IMG/VR virus record: IMGVR_UViG_3300035180_000246
Location: 1-64,000 of that record
DNA: 64,000 nt
Direction: 5' to 3' (one strand)
From: a virus
Numbering within the stretch: the first letter of the stretch is position 1; each line of letters starts with the position of its first letter. The notes beneath the pieces are model-generated. The model searched no databases. It had not been told where the DNA came from and saw only the letters and a list, made by a program, of their open reading frames with translations. A program made the translations under genes and the position numbers. Positions 1-9,801 of this stretch are shown piece by piece.

Positions 1-53
1 TATTAACAATATGAGTAGTATACCTATAAACCACAATATTGACTTAATCATTA

Positions 54-461
54 TCACACCTCGATATATGGTGTAATCTTGATTTCTACTCTTGGATTTA
101 GCTTATCTTGTCCTCCTACTGTTGCAGACTCTTTAATACAATATTGGACATTATCATTTACAACTGCACCATAGTTTTGTAAAGCATCATTAGTAAATTT
201 ACTAATTAAGCTTACTACGTTCATCAGATCACTAACTGTACTTTTATAGTAATAGACATATTCAATCTGGTATTTGCCTACTATTTTAGGAGGATCAAGA
301 TTAAGTAGTTGGTGAACTATTAACCGTTCAAAATGGACTTTAACCTTATTTTTAAGATGAAAGTGTATATTTCTATACACATTCATACCTAATAGGAAAG
401 TTTTACTTGGCTTAGTCTTGAATGTTTCTTCATAGTAGACAGGAAGTGTTAAGTTAATCAT
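54..461 (-). CDS. RusA-like Holliday junction resolvase
   Basis: SDLMN..K...DAL...G.V.ND-type acidic motif and C-terminal DKLNPRVEIKI; last gene of replication module in window. Confidence 0.65.
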   Translation of the reverse strand: MINLTLPVYYEETFKTKPSKTFLLGMNVYRNIHFHLKNKVKVHFERLIVHQLLNLDPPKIVGKYQIEYVYYYKSTVSDLMNVVSLISKFTNDALQNYGAVVNDNVQYCIKESATVGGQDKLNPRVEIKITPYIEV

Positions 462-739
462 ACGAAATACAGATCGTAAAATAAATCACGTACAGGTGTA
501 GATTGTGAATCTATATCGATAATATTATCAACTGCATCCATAACTGCTGCTGCACGTAATTTTTTATAAGCTTCTTCGTCAGGTTCTACAATACTTACAG
601 CAAATTGTGCTGAACCTACCATCTCAAAACCAGTGTTAAGTAACACAACAGCTGTAGCTGTATTCTTACTCGGTGATAGTTTTGTATGAATTTGTACAAT
701 ATCTACATTATAATTTGAATTAGTAGTTATGCTAATCAT
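458..739 (-). CDS. Divergent N4 Gp49/Sf6 Gp66-like (Tad1-like) small protein
   Basis: TATAVVLLNTGFEMVGSA...A..DAV.NI resembles the family pattern T.C.L.L.NGF.V.G.S...A..NA; adjacent to Acb2 and Tad2. Confidence 0.4.
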   Translation of the reverse strand: MISITTNSNYNVDIVQIHTKLSPSKNTATAVVLLNTGFEMVGSAQFAVSIVEPDEEAYKKLRAAAVMDAVDNIIDIDSQSTPVRDLFYDLYFV

Positions 740-789
740 AAATTCTCACCAGTAAATTAAATTTATCCATGCATGTATCCTTTTGATAA

Positions 790-1014
790 TTAAAAAGAAG
801 TTGGTTTAGCAACACTACGGACTAATGCCATAATGCCAGTTTGTAAGTCAGTTCGTCCGATACTTACCCAACGTTTATCAGTCGAGTCTGTATCTAATAA
901 ATACTGAACTAACGTTTCAAGTGTTTGACCTGCTTGCTTAATAGCGTTCATTAAGTTAATTTCTTCTTGACTTAATTCTCGATAACCAGTGATTAAACGA
1001 TGTTGATTTTCCAT
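790..1014 (-). CDS. acb2: Anti-CBASS cyclic-oligonucleotide sponge Acb2
   Basis: MENQHRLITGYRELSQEEINLMN...RWVSIGRTDLQTGIMALVRSVAKPTSF closely follows Acb2 of N4-like Pseudomonas phages. Confidence 0.9.
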   Translation of the reverse strand: MENQHRLITGYRELSQEEINLMNAIKQAGQTLETLVQYLLDTDSTDKRWVSIGRTDLQTGIMALVRSVAKPTSF

Positions 1015-1515
1015 TTAGTTCTCCTCTACTACATACCAGTCAGAACTTAGAAGGTCTGTCTGGCTCGCCAACCAAGGTACTTTTGCGTTAATGTGTGAGC
1101 TGGGCGCACTGTCACTTGCAGGGGTAGTCGGATACTGCATATACAGGTAAGGTAGACTCATGTCTGAGCCTTCTAAAGGCTGTTGCACAGAGATTTTTAA
1201 GCCTTTACCGTTCCAGCCGCGTCGTGCGATGGCGAAGCCTTGCTTTGCCAGCTCTAACGCTAGTCCGAATGGTAGATTACTATGTACGTTATGGTATGCA
1301 TCGTCGAATACTTGTTCTGGAGACCAAGATACATAGCCTTCGTGTCCCTGAACATTCGATTCTTCCCCTTGACGAGGTTCGTACTCGATTAGATACCCTT
1401 CGTCATCGAATTTCTCATCTGAAGGTAATGACCACCCTCTGTATGTGTTGTAGTCTCCACGTGTCATAGGCGTAGCTTTAACACTCTTTAACCCAATATG
1501 TGTTGTGGTATACAT
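1015..1515 (-). CDS. tad2: DUF2829/Tad2-family nucleotide sponge with extra N-terminal domain
   Basis: C-terminal FGLALE..K.G....RRGWNGK...W..SQTDLL..DW signature; N-terminal KSVKATPMTRGDY..GY.IEY..YVSWSP..VF domain. Confidence 0.8.
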   Translation of the reverse strand: MYTTTHIGLKSVKATPMTRGDYNTYRGWSLPSDEKFDDEGYLIEYEPRQGEESNVQGHEGYVSWSPEQVFDDAYHNVHSNLPFGLALELAKQGFAIARRGWNGKGLKISVQQPLEGSDMSLPYLYMQYPTTPASDSAPSSHINAKVPWLASQTDLLSSDWYVVEEN

Positions 1516-1541
1516 TCTGTATTTCCTTTATATGGTTTATA

Positions 1542-1616
1542 TGGTAGGACCGCAGGGACTTGAACCCTGATTGAACGATTATGAGTCGCCTATTCTAACC
1601 TTTGAATTACAGTCCT
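1542..1616 (-). tRNA. tRNA with CAT anticodon, most likely tRNA-Ile2 (lysidine, reads AUA)
   Basis: AGGACTG/CGGTCCT acceptor plus ACCA; GGTTAGA..AGGCGACTCATAATCG resembles bacterial ileX; T-arm CAGGG TTCAAGT CCCTG. Confidence 0.9.
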
Positions 1617-1619
1617 ATA

Positions 1620-2036
1620 TTAGTTACCGACAAACTTAGTTTTAATACCACTATCTTGTAGTAGTTTTAAACCAAGAGTATCTTTATAGTACTCGTTAAA
1701 GTACACAGTTTTAATTCCTGCCTGAATAATCAACAGAGCACAGTTTATGCATGGACTTAGGGTCACAAACATAATAGCTCTATCTGTTGAATGACCTAAC
1801 TTAGCTGCTTTAGAAATAGCATTAAGTTCTGCATGTATTGTTGTAGACTTAGTAATACCTTCCAGGTCTTCACAACAGTTATCCATACCTCTAGGACTTC
1901 CGTTAAAGCCATATGCAAGGATGTTACTAGCATCTTCTGAAACTAGTACTGCTCCGACTTTACGCCTTCTACAGTGACTTCTAGAAGCCACTAATGTAGC
2001 CATACTAGAATAGAAAGTTACGTCTGCTGGTTTCAT
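1620..2036 (-). CDS. dCMP deaminase
   Basis: HAELNAI and TLSPCINC zinc motifs; C.RRKVGAV; GFNG. Confidence 0.92.
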   Translation of the reverse strand: MKPADVTFYSSMATLVASRSHCRRRKVGAVLVSEDASNILAYGFNGSPRGMDNCCEDLEGITKSTTIHAELNAISKAAKLGHSTDRAIMFVTLSPCINCALLIIQAGIKTVYFNEYYKDTLGLKLLQDSGIKTKFVGN

Positions 2037-2087
2037 ATCTGTTCCTTAGCTAAATATCCTAAAATATCCTAGAAAAGATATTTAAAT

Positions 2088-2116
2088 AAAAAAGCTCTCT
2101 GTTATGAGCAGAGAGC
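2088..2116 (-). terminator. Rho-independent terminator after SSB
   Basis: GCTCTCTG-loop-CAGAGAGC followed by T6 on minus strand. Confidence 0.75.
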
Positions 2117-2141
2117 AAGGCACACTTATGGCAAGTGTTAG

Positions 2142-2870
2142 TTAAACTTTTTTACCGAACTTACTACTAATAGAAGTTCCGCCTACAGAAGGTGCAACTG
2201 TAGTTGAAGCACCTGTACCACCTTTAGACTGTACACGCTTATCTTTAGTACCTAAGTTAGGATTCTCAGTGGTAGGTGTGTTACGTTCAGCCCATGACTT
2301 AATATAAACACCTTCTGTTAAACCAGATTCGAGTTCTACTACAGTACAGCCTGTTTCTGTATGGAATACTTTATCAATACTAAAGACTGTACGTGATTTT
2401 GTAGGATCTTTGAATTGATCTTCCAAAGTAGCTGTAACACCTACAGTAATCTCTTTACCAATTAGATCGGTAAGAACTTGCTTAGTAGTAGGTACATCTT
2501 TATTAAGATCGTAGTTACGCACCATAACTGTTTTTTCTTCTGGTTCTAGCTCAAACAATTCTTGATCAGCAGTCAATCGAGACATATCGTTCATGGTAGT
2601 AAAGCTAGGTAAGTACTTCTGAGCACCTGATTGCTTGTCGATATAGTAATGTTTCTTACCTTTTTCACGACCAGATGTTACATACTCTTTAGTATTGAGT
2701 GTAACACCTGCTGGTGATACTAATTTTAATACTACTGCCAAAGCTTCACTAGCAGATTCTTCTAAATAAGCCATTTCGATAGTCATGTTATGAATACCTG
2801 TAGTCATTTTAGGACGATCAGTTGCAACTTCGATATCTGCGCTGCGTTTTAAATTAGCTAATAGTGACAT
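2142..2870 (-). CDS. N4 gp45-like single-stranded DNA-binding protein
   Basis: AYL..SAS.A, YVTSG.EKG, YLP.F, IDKVF motifs; C-terminal S.FG; synteny after gp44. Confidence 0.85.
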   Translation of the reverse strand: MSLLANLKRSADIEVATDRPKMTTGIHNMTIEMAYLEESASEALAVVLKLVSPAGVTLNTKEYVTSGREKGKKHYYIDKQSGAQKYLPSFTTMNDMSRLTADQELFELEPEEKTVMVRNYDLNKDVPTTKQVLTDLIGKEITVGVTATLEDQFKDPTKSRTVFSIDKVFHTETGCTVVELESGLTEGVYIKSWAERNTPTTENPNLGTKDKRVQSKGGTGASTTVAPSVGGTSISSKFGKKV

Positions 2871-2926
2871 AATGGGATTCCTTATAATTGATAGAGTTTG
2901 GTTTGTTAAATTGTTGAGAGTTAAAG

Positions 2927-3673
2927 TTAATCGTAATATTCATGTAAACGATCAATAACGTGTTGAAGATTGTTATCAATAAATGTTTCGTCGATAGACC
3001 ACATCTTCATAGGACTACGAATGCGTTCATTTACAGTTTCTTTAGTTAAGCGTGTTTGAAATACATACTTAAATCCTAAAGCTTCTTCTTCTGGTGTAAT
3101 CTCTAATAAAGGGTTAGTAGCTTTTAACTGTTTCATAGATACTTTTTTAGTACTAATTACAGTAGAAAAGAAAGCTTCTACACCAGCATTAGCTAACGAA
3201 CCTTTAACAGGTACTTTAGTTTCTAACACCATTTCAGATTCATTCATAATCTGACGTGTATGTGCTAAAAAGATTACATTCTTAGTAGATTTAGCTACAG
3301 TTTGTAGCATCAAATTTCTCAAGAATTGTGCGTAATCTCCCCATGCTTTCATAGTATTTGCACTATTAATAACATAAGTAGATTCAAACATATCCATTAG
3401 AAACGTTAAAGTATCCACTACGATAGTGTGAATGTGAGGCATACCTTCAGCAGCTGCAAATCCTTGTACTATCTCCAATGGATCTGTAATTTGATATTCC
3501 TCAAATTTACTTTTAAAGGGTAATTTTTTAGATTCACAGTTTAAGTACATTACACCTTCTGGATTTTTAAGATCCATAAGACATGCGCTCTTACCTGTTG
3601 CAGAAGCACCGCTAATCAATACTAAGTGGTCATTCTGGATAGTATCTTCTTCTGAATTTGAGTTGTCACTCAC
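2927..3673 (-). CDS. N4 gp44-like AAA ATPase (Sak4-like annealing protein)
   Basis: Walker A GASATGKS, IVVDTLTFLMD, IFLAH, ERIRSPM. Confidence 0.85.
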   Translation of the reverse strand: MSDNSNSEEDTIQNDHLVLISGASATGKSACLMDLKNPEGVMYLNCESKKLPFKSKFEEYQITDPLEIVQGFAAAEGMPHIHTIVVDTLTFLMDMFESTYVINSANTMKAWGDYAQFLRNLMLQTVAKSTKNVIFLAHTRQIMNESEMVLETKVPVKGSLANAGVEAFFSTVISTKKVSMKQLKATNPLLEITPEEEALGFKYVFQTRLTKETVNERIRSPMKMWSIDETFIDNNLQHVIDRLHEYYD

Positions 3674-5796
3674 GAACGTTTCTCCATATATTTACGATGT
3701 ACACTAATCATCACTGTTGTATCTAGTTCAGATACGGGTAATGGTTTAGGTAATTTGCTGTTAAACTCATTGATAGCAGACTTGATTACATCTAGGTCGT
3801 AACCTTTATCTACTAAAGCATAAGCATATTTAATGAGGGTATTACTTCTACTGCCTTCTGTGGCTTTAGATGCGAACCAGCGTTCTAAGTTATTTAGATT
3901 ACTATGTTCATTAATAAAAGTAGCTTGTTCATCGGCTTTCTTCGTCTTAGGAATAAACAAAGTATCGTCGAATAACATACCATCATTATAATAATGTGTA
4001 CCTGCGTTAGTAGCCCATTTACGAGCATAGTCAGCAGTAGCTTCATCTACCTTAAATGGTAACCAATCAAATACATTAGCCATAAAAGCTTTGTAGGCTT
4101 CTTGGTCAAGTAAAAGCTTGTGTGTCATAGGTAGAATAATTCTGAATCTGTTAGCAGCATCTGTATGTCGTTTAGTTGTATAAATTAGGTACTTGTAATC
4201 TTGTAATAAGATTCTAACTGTATCAATGGATGTACCACCATCTACATCTAAAACTACCATATCAAACCCTGGCATAACACTTTCAGAATTTCTATAGCCA
4301 TTACGTAAGTGGTGTGCTGTGAAATGTAAGTTATCACTACATACCAACTTATGTAAGTCATCCCAGTTAGCTAGTATATTCTCATAACCAGTAGTAATAT
4401 TATCACTATAGGCTATAGTAACTTCTTCTAGATTAGTCTCTTTCAGAGATTCACCTTTAAAGAACTCAACTGTACTATCAAAACTTTTAGTAATAACGAT
4501 GTTATGTTTATATCCATAAGCAATCGCTAAGTTCATAAGATCACGTCTACGAGATTCAGTACCGTTATAAAACTGCAAGTCTTCAAGTAGATCGGCATGT
4601 GTTACTGGATGCTCTACGTTAGCTAAATACTTAGCCAATTTAATGTAAGGCTTTTCACGATACATGATCGAATTGAATGCTGCACCTGAGTCTTCCGCTA
4701 ACTGAATTGCACAATCTAGATGATGTTGACTAATAGACTTAGCCTTATCAACAAATGCATATGCACCAGCTAATTTAAGTGCCTTATAATAACGATGAGT
4801 TACCTCAGCTTTTAAAGCTTCTTTATGATCTGGAATATTCTCTGCTAAACGTTCACAGTTAATCTTATACTCAATGAGTTTAAGACTAGTAGCTTTGTCC
4901 ATACTGAGAGCTACACTATAGTACTGAGAGTCTGCTAACTCATTAAACCAGTCTGAGATGTCTTGTACAGACGTAACCATAGCAGATGATGTCATTGCAT
5001 CATAGACTTCATCAGGTGTACGTGTATCGGCTTTACGGGCTGATTGAGTATACGCAAAATACATACGTCTAGCGTAACCAGTACGAAGTAAATCATCAAA
5101 GTCTTCTTCAGTTTTAGACGCATTTAACAACTTACTAGGAGTCCCAAACATAAGTAGATTGGCTGGACTTGCGCCATTCATTTCTACAGAACGTTTGTTC
5201 TCTGCAGTACTTTTAGTAATTTTTTGCTTAATAAGACCTTTATCAAATAATGATAGGTAGTCTACTAAAGCTTCAATATTGCCAGCTAAGTTAGAGCCTA
5301 CTTCATCAACAATTAAGTTTAATGAACCAGTGCGAGCCATTAGAAGCTTTCTGCGTAACTGCTTAATGGCAGCACTAGTAGCACTGTCAAAAGTAAATGG
5401 TAGAGTCCCTAGACCTTCATACTCAGCGGTTAATTGTTCCAGGATACGATCTGGATCATTACCAGTAGCTGATGCCGTCTTTAATGCAATAGCATTAAGA
5501 TTCTTGGCAGCATTTACGTTAAAGACCTCATCCATGAAATCATCTTTAAATGGATCTACAAGCAACTCTTCAAGAGTAGTCATGGTAAATGTTTTACCTG
5601 CTCCTGAAGGTTGTAGAGCCAATGCGTAAAGGTTTACTGGAATAGTACCTCTATCATGTGTCTTGATCTCTGTACGCATCATAGAAGCAATTAAGGACAT
5701 ATAATAAGCTGTCATGATACGGAAGAAGTGTCTATCTTCTCCACCAGTACGTCCTGCCAGCACATCTACGATCTGTTCTGAACGTGCATGGTACAT
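3670..5796 (-). CDS. N4 gp43-like DNA primase
   Basis: PSGAGKT P-loop, VLDVDGG, YTTKRH, RFRIILP, C-terminal G.RSNTL PriCT-like segment. Confidence 0.85.
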   Translation of the reverse strand: MYHARSEQIVDVLAGRTGGEDRHFFRIMTAYYMSLIASMMRTEIKTHDRGTIPVNLYALALQPSGAGKTFTMTTLEELLVDPFKDDFMDEVFNVNAAKNLNAIALKTASATGNDPDRILEQLTAEYEGLGTLPFTFDSATSAAIKQLRRKLLMARTGSLNLIVDEVGSNLAGNIEALVDYLSLFDKGLIKQKITKSTAENKRSVEMNGASPANLLMFGTPSKLLNASKTEEDFDDLLRTGYARRMYFAYTQSARKADTRTPDEVYDAMTSSAMVTSVQDISDWFNELADSQYYSVALSMDKATSLKLIEYKINCERLAENIPDHKEALKAEVTHRYYKALKLAGAYAFVDKAKSISQHHLDCAIQLAEDSGAAFNSIMYREKPYIKLAKYLANVEHPVTHADLLEDLQFYNGTESRRRDLMNLAIAYGYKHNIVITKSFDSTVEFFKGESLKETNLEEVTIAYSDNITTGYENILANWDDLHKLVCSDNLHFTAHHLRNGYRNSESVMPGFDMVVLDVDGGTSIDTVRILLQDYKYLIYTTKRHTDAANRFRIILPMTHKLLLDQEAYKAFMANVFDWLPFKVDEATADYARKWATNAGTHYYNDGMLFDDTLFIPKTKKADEQATFINEHSNLNNLERWFASKATEGSRSNTLIKYAYALVDKGYDLDVIKSAINEFNSKLPKPLPVSELDTTVMISVHRKYMEKRS

Positions 5797-5797
5797 A

Positions 5798-6166
5798 CTA
5801 ATCTCCCATATACTGAATAGTGTTCATATAGTTTTTAATAGCTACAGTCCAAGCAGATCTTGATTTATTAGTACCTAGACGTTGATTAAGCTCGGCATAC
5901 ATATCATCTAAAGTATCATAAATAGCTTTACCTAGTAGTTTATCTTGCTGATATTTCATAAGAGCTGCGTACCCTGCAGCAACTTGAAAGCTAGTAAGTG
6001 TTGATCTATCTACTTCTTTACGTGTTTTATAAGCAGTAGTCATAGTAATAGGTGTTTCAGTACTTACTACTTCTGGTTCTTTAGAGAATACTGATTTAAT
6101 TGATTTAACGAATCTATGTAACATTATAGTAGTCCTTGTTGTCTTAATGATTCTGCCTGTAGGCAC
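5798..6166 (-). CDS. Hypothetical protein (probable true start ATG near 6123, MLHRFVK)
   Basis: In-operon ORF between gp42-like gene and primase. Confidence 0.6.
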   Translation of the reverse strand: MPTGRIIKTTRTTIMLHRFVKSIKSVFSKEPEVVSTETPITMTTAYKTRKEVDRSTLTSFQVAAGYAALMKYQQDKLLGKAIYDTLDDMYAELNQRLGTNKSRSAWTVAIKNYMNTIQYMGD

Positions 6167-7104
6167 ATTGGGTTAGCTGAGCAGTAGTTACATGCTTTAG
6201 CTTTACCTTTAACTTCTAACACAATACCTTTACCCATATTTGCTAAATGAGTATGAGCACTGAGATAGTCATCAAAGTTTTTAGTAGATCTTCCTAACTT
6301 ATTTGGATCAGCATAATATTTATATACTGGTTCACTACGCCATAACTCATCATCAGTACAATCTGGCAACTCTTCTTGAGTCATAGATTTTGCTTGAGTT
6401 AGGCTATTTAGGCGGTCTTTGATAAAACGCTCTGTATCTCTAAGTGACATAAGCTCATACTTAACAGTCATAAGCTTACTTTGTGGATACCCTTTGTCTT
6501 TCTGAGTTTGAGCATTTAGTGCTGACCAATCAGTAAACTGATGATAAATCTCCATATAATCTTGAGTAATGATTGAAGGATTCAACCAACGATAGATACT
6601 TCCTTGTTGGATATATTTCTCTGCATTGGTTTGGTTCATGTAAGTAAATACAGAGGTATTTTTAAAGTCGCCTAGTGTACCATCAATTACAATATCAAAC
6701 TTACCTGACAATGTATATCCAAGAAATTCCTTATCAACACGTTGTTCTATATATACAGGAAGTTTATCCGTTAAATCTATATCAGCAGCAGGATTGACTA
6801 CTACTGAGTTGGTTATTTTTGAAGGATAGCCAGCTAATTTGAATGCTTTTTGCACAGATTCTGGAGTCATCCATGCACGTTCAATAGCATCATGAATAGC
6901 AGTACCGATACGAGAAGCTGTAAGTGTGCTAACCTCTACAGCTGCATCAGCAATTCTAGAAGTTAGTACAGCTTGCTTAATAGGTTTTAAAAGACCTGTA
7001 GCACTTATCTGATTTGGATTAGCCGAATGATCATAGGTATCATGTACTAACCAAGGTAGCATAGCTAAAGGTACGCCACCTGTATTTGTGTATTTTATGT
7101 TCAT
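6124..7104 (-). CDS. N4 gp42-like PD-(D/E)XK / Cas4-like nuclease
   Basis: SATGLLKP, IGTAIH, LSGKFD..D.K motif, C-terminal C.YC....MC.Q. Confidence 0.8.
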   Translation of the reverse strand: MNIKYTNTGGVPLAMLPWLVHDTYDHSANPNQISATGLLKPIKQAVLTSRIADAAVEVSTLTASRIGTAIHDAIERAWMTPESVQKAFKLAGYPSKITNSVVVNPAADIDLTDKLPVYIEQRVDKEFLGYTLSGKFDIVIDGTLGDFKNTSVFTYMNQTNAEKYIQQGSIYRWLNPSIITQDYMEIYHQFTDWSALNAQTQKDKGYPQSKLMTVKYELMSLRDTERFIKDRLNSLTQAKSMTQEELPDCTDDELWRSEPVYKYYADPNKLGRSTKNFDDYLSAHTHLANMGKGIVLEVKGKAKACNYCSANPMCLQAESLRQQGLL

Positions 7105-9671
7105 AAATTTTCCAAGAAATCTGTTATATATTCAATCGAAGCATTGTTAGGAATAGTCTTACCATTAGCCCATGTAGTGCCAATATCTAACTCTGCGCCT
7201 AATAGTACTTCTGTACTTTGGATTGCGGGATCTTCTTGCCAACTCATAACCTCAATAAGGTTCTGGTTAAGCCAGTAGATAGTCTCAGGATCTTTCTTAA
7301 CAATAAAGTAAGCTGCATCGTGAATACAGTTAGACATTAGAATCTCATTGGTTAAGTTATCTCTACGTAAACGTTGATCTAACTCAATGAGTGCTCTATT
7401 TAATAACATGCCATAAGACTGACTTTCAGCATTGTTAATAGTCCTACCTTCAGCAGCAGCTAATGCAGGTAAGTTCTTTACATTCATTACTGTGTTTTTG
7501 AGAATAGGAGTTCTTAAACGTAAACCAAAGGCTAGATCTGTGTATCCTTTGCGTGAAGCTTGTAGATTTACATAAGCAGCATGGTTGTTAGATACCTCGT
7601 ACATACGATGATACCTAGCTTCGGTACTTTCAGCTTCTTCTCTACTAAAACCTAGGTTCTTTACTAAAGTTTTCCAGCTACCACCATATTGCAAGGCAAA
7701 GGTTGGAGACTTACTTCTAGAGCGTAAAGACTTATACTTTTCAGCAATAGCGTTAATACTCTCTGGATCTGTTGGATCAATACCTTCCATCTGATCACCA
7801 TAATAGGTATAGGCATTTAAGCTATGAGAATCATAACCTTCAGCAAATACTTTAATCTTATTTGGATCAGCTGTAAGTAATGCATTAATCTTAGCTTCTA
7901 AAGCTGCAAAGTCTGCATATACAAATAAATAACCTTCTGGAGCTACAAAGCATTCTTTTACAGGTTTACCCCATGCAGAGTTGCTAGGTAAGTTTTGAAG
8001 GTTAGGTTCTCCACTACTGTATCTACCTGAGACAGTTCCTGTAGACTTGAGGTTACCATTAAGCCAAACAGTACCATTAAACTCTGTAGGAGACTTCCTA
8101 GTAAACGCATACGATTCAAATGCACTAATGAACGTATTCATGATAGTACTTGTCTCAGATACACCAATAATACTATCTAATAGATGTATATGAGGTTGCG
8201 CTAACTCATGGTCCTTGAGACGCTTAATTACTTTAGATGAGGTACTAGGAGCACCTGACTTAGTAGTATCAATTACAGGAAGTTTTAGTACGTCATAAAG
8301 CAGTACACTCAGTTGATCACCTGAATTAGGGTTAAATGGTTCATTAAACTCAGATAAAGGTCTGATTTTCTTTTTGAGTTTAGAATTTGCTTTACTCCAT
8401 CTAGCTACGTTATTTATGTGTCTAGCGTGCTTAACATAAGTGTTATTAGTGATTTGAGATGCATATCTAAGATTAAGTAAAAGAAGTTTACTCTTAGTCT
8501 TAGCTACTTGTTGCATATTCATTGGTAAACCTACAAGCATCATCTTTAATGATACTCTAAGAGTAGGGATAGCCATAGAATAGTAAAAATCTATCTGATT
8601 ATCATTCACCATCACAGGATAGTACTTGTTATAAACATACCAAGTAGCTAGACAGTCTGTTAGGTTATATTCCAACAAGTTTGCTTTATCTACTAAGCGA
8701 ATGTCTTTAACATCTTCTGCGTAATCACCTACATAGTCATATGCAAGCTCTTTTAGACCTATAGGAGCATCTGCAGTAGAGTTGGTAGCTAGGAATGCCA
8801 CAATCATTGAATCATGTATGTCGCTAAAGATCTCAAGACCTTTTTCTAAACCTTCCCAGTCTGCATCATGTTCCATGTACAATTGATAGATTAAAATCTT
8901 TGCATCGAATAGAGCATTATGAAAGATAAGCTTACCTTGGTAGGTATCAAAGAAGTCTTTTAACATACCTCTAATAATATGATTCTCTTGCATAGACTTT
9001 AAACAGTCTACTTCAAAAGCTATACCACTATGTAAGTCCCATGCAAATGCAATAGTACCAATACCTGCCTTCTCAAAGCGTAATGAGAAAGTCTCAATAT
9101 CACATGTGAGCATAGGTTGTAAGTGCAATCTTTGAAGTTGTGTGTATACATCGAGAAGGTTACTCGGGTAGTTACTACTCTGAATCACTTTATGATTGAA
9201 GTTACTTCCTTGGTTTGATAATACTAAACCAGTATAAGTAACTAGAGAACGTTCTAGATCAATAATAGCACTATCATTATGATAGATAACACCATAGTTC
9301 ATAGACAGAACTACATTCATATCCTTGTAGGGATAGATACTACATTTATGTACATATCCTCTAGCTGTAGTAGTCTTTTGGATTCCTGTTAAGAACTTAA
9401 AGTAGTTACTATCAGCAACAATGATGTGTTGGATACCCATAAAGTTAAGCATCTTTAAAAGATCTACTGCGTAAGCTTTACCGTCTTTAGCACTCACTTT
9501 ACCGTTAGTGTAAGCTAACTCGAATGCAATTATAGTCTTTGGATCAATACCTAATTTAGCTAAAGGCTTGATGTAGAAGTACTCTAACTGCTGCTTAATC
9601 ATGTTATCTGACTTGATTAAAATAGCGGTAGTGATACCTGACGTATCAACATCAAATGTTATCTGTTTCAT
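7101..9671 (-). CDS. Family A DNA polymerase (N4 gp39-like)
   Basis: Exo DIET, FHNALFD, YN..D; GTVSGRYS..PNLQN, ADFAALE, R..SK.PTFALQYG, IHDA. Confidence 0.95.
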   Translation of the reverse strand: MKQITFDVDTSGITTAILIKSDNMIKQQLEYFYIKPLAKLGIDPKTIIAFELAYTNGKVSAKDGKAYAVDLLKMLNFMGIQHIIVADSNYFKFLTGIQKTTTARGYVHKCSIYPYKDMNVVLSMNYGVIYHNDSAIIDLERSLVTYTGLVLSNQGSNFNHKVIQSSNYPSNLLDVYTQLQRLHLQPMLTCDIETFSLRFEKAGIGTIAFAWDLHSGIAFEVDCLKSMQENHIIRGMLKDFFDTYQGKLIFHNALFDAKILIYQLYMEHDADWEGLEKGLEIFSDIHDSMIVAFLATNSTADAPIGLKELAYDYVGDYAEDVKDIRLVDKANLLEYNLTDCLATWYVYNKYYPVMVNDNQIDFYYSMAIPTLRVSLKMMLVGLPMNMQQVAKTKSKLLLLNLRYASQITNNTYVKHARHINNVARWSKANSKLKKKIRPLSEFNEPFNPNSGDQLSVLLYDVLKLPVIDTTKSGAPSTSSKVIKRLKDHELAQPHIHLLDSIIGVSETSTIMNTFISAFESYAFTRKSPTEFNGTVWLNGNLKSTGTVSGRYSSGEPNLQNLPSNSAWGKPVKECFVAPEGYLFVYADFAALEAKINALLTADPNKIKVFAEGYDSHSLNAYTYYGDQMEGIDPTDPESINAIAEKYKSLRSRSKSPTFALQYGGSWKTLVKNLGFSREEAESTEARYHRMYEVSNNHAAYVNLQASRKGYTDLAFGLRLRTPILKNTVMNVKNLPALAAAEGRTINNAESQSYGMLLNRALIELDQRLRRDNLTNEILMSNCIHDAAYFIVKKDPETIYWLNQNLIEVMSWQEDPAIQSTEVLLGAELDIGTTWANGKTIPNNASIEYITDFLENL

Positions 9672-9710
9672 AGCATACCTTAGATCTGTTTATGGTTATT
9701 AATTCAATTA

Positions 9711-9786
9711 TGGTGCGCTTGGAGGGAATCGAACCCCCAATCGACGGAGTAGAAATCCGTTGCAGTATCCGTTATGCTACAAGCGC
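9711..9786 (-). tRNA. tRNA-Arg(TCT)
   Basis: GCGCTTG/CAAGCGC acceptor plus ACCA; anticodon arm ACGGA-TTTCTAC-TCCGT; T-arm GGGGG TTCGATT CCCTC. Confidence 0.92.
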
Positions 9787-9801
9787 ATCATAATTAAATT
9801 G

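Noticed and set aside
6124-7104. Cas4-like nuclease as evidence of CRISPR-Cas
   Set aside because: Conserved N4 gp42-like replication-module gene; no other cas genes or array
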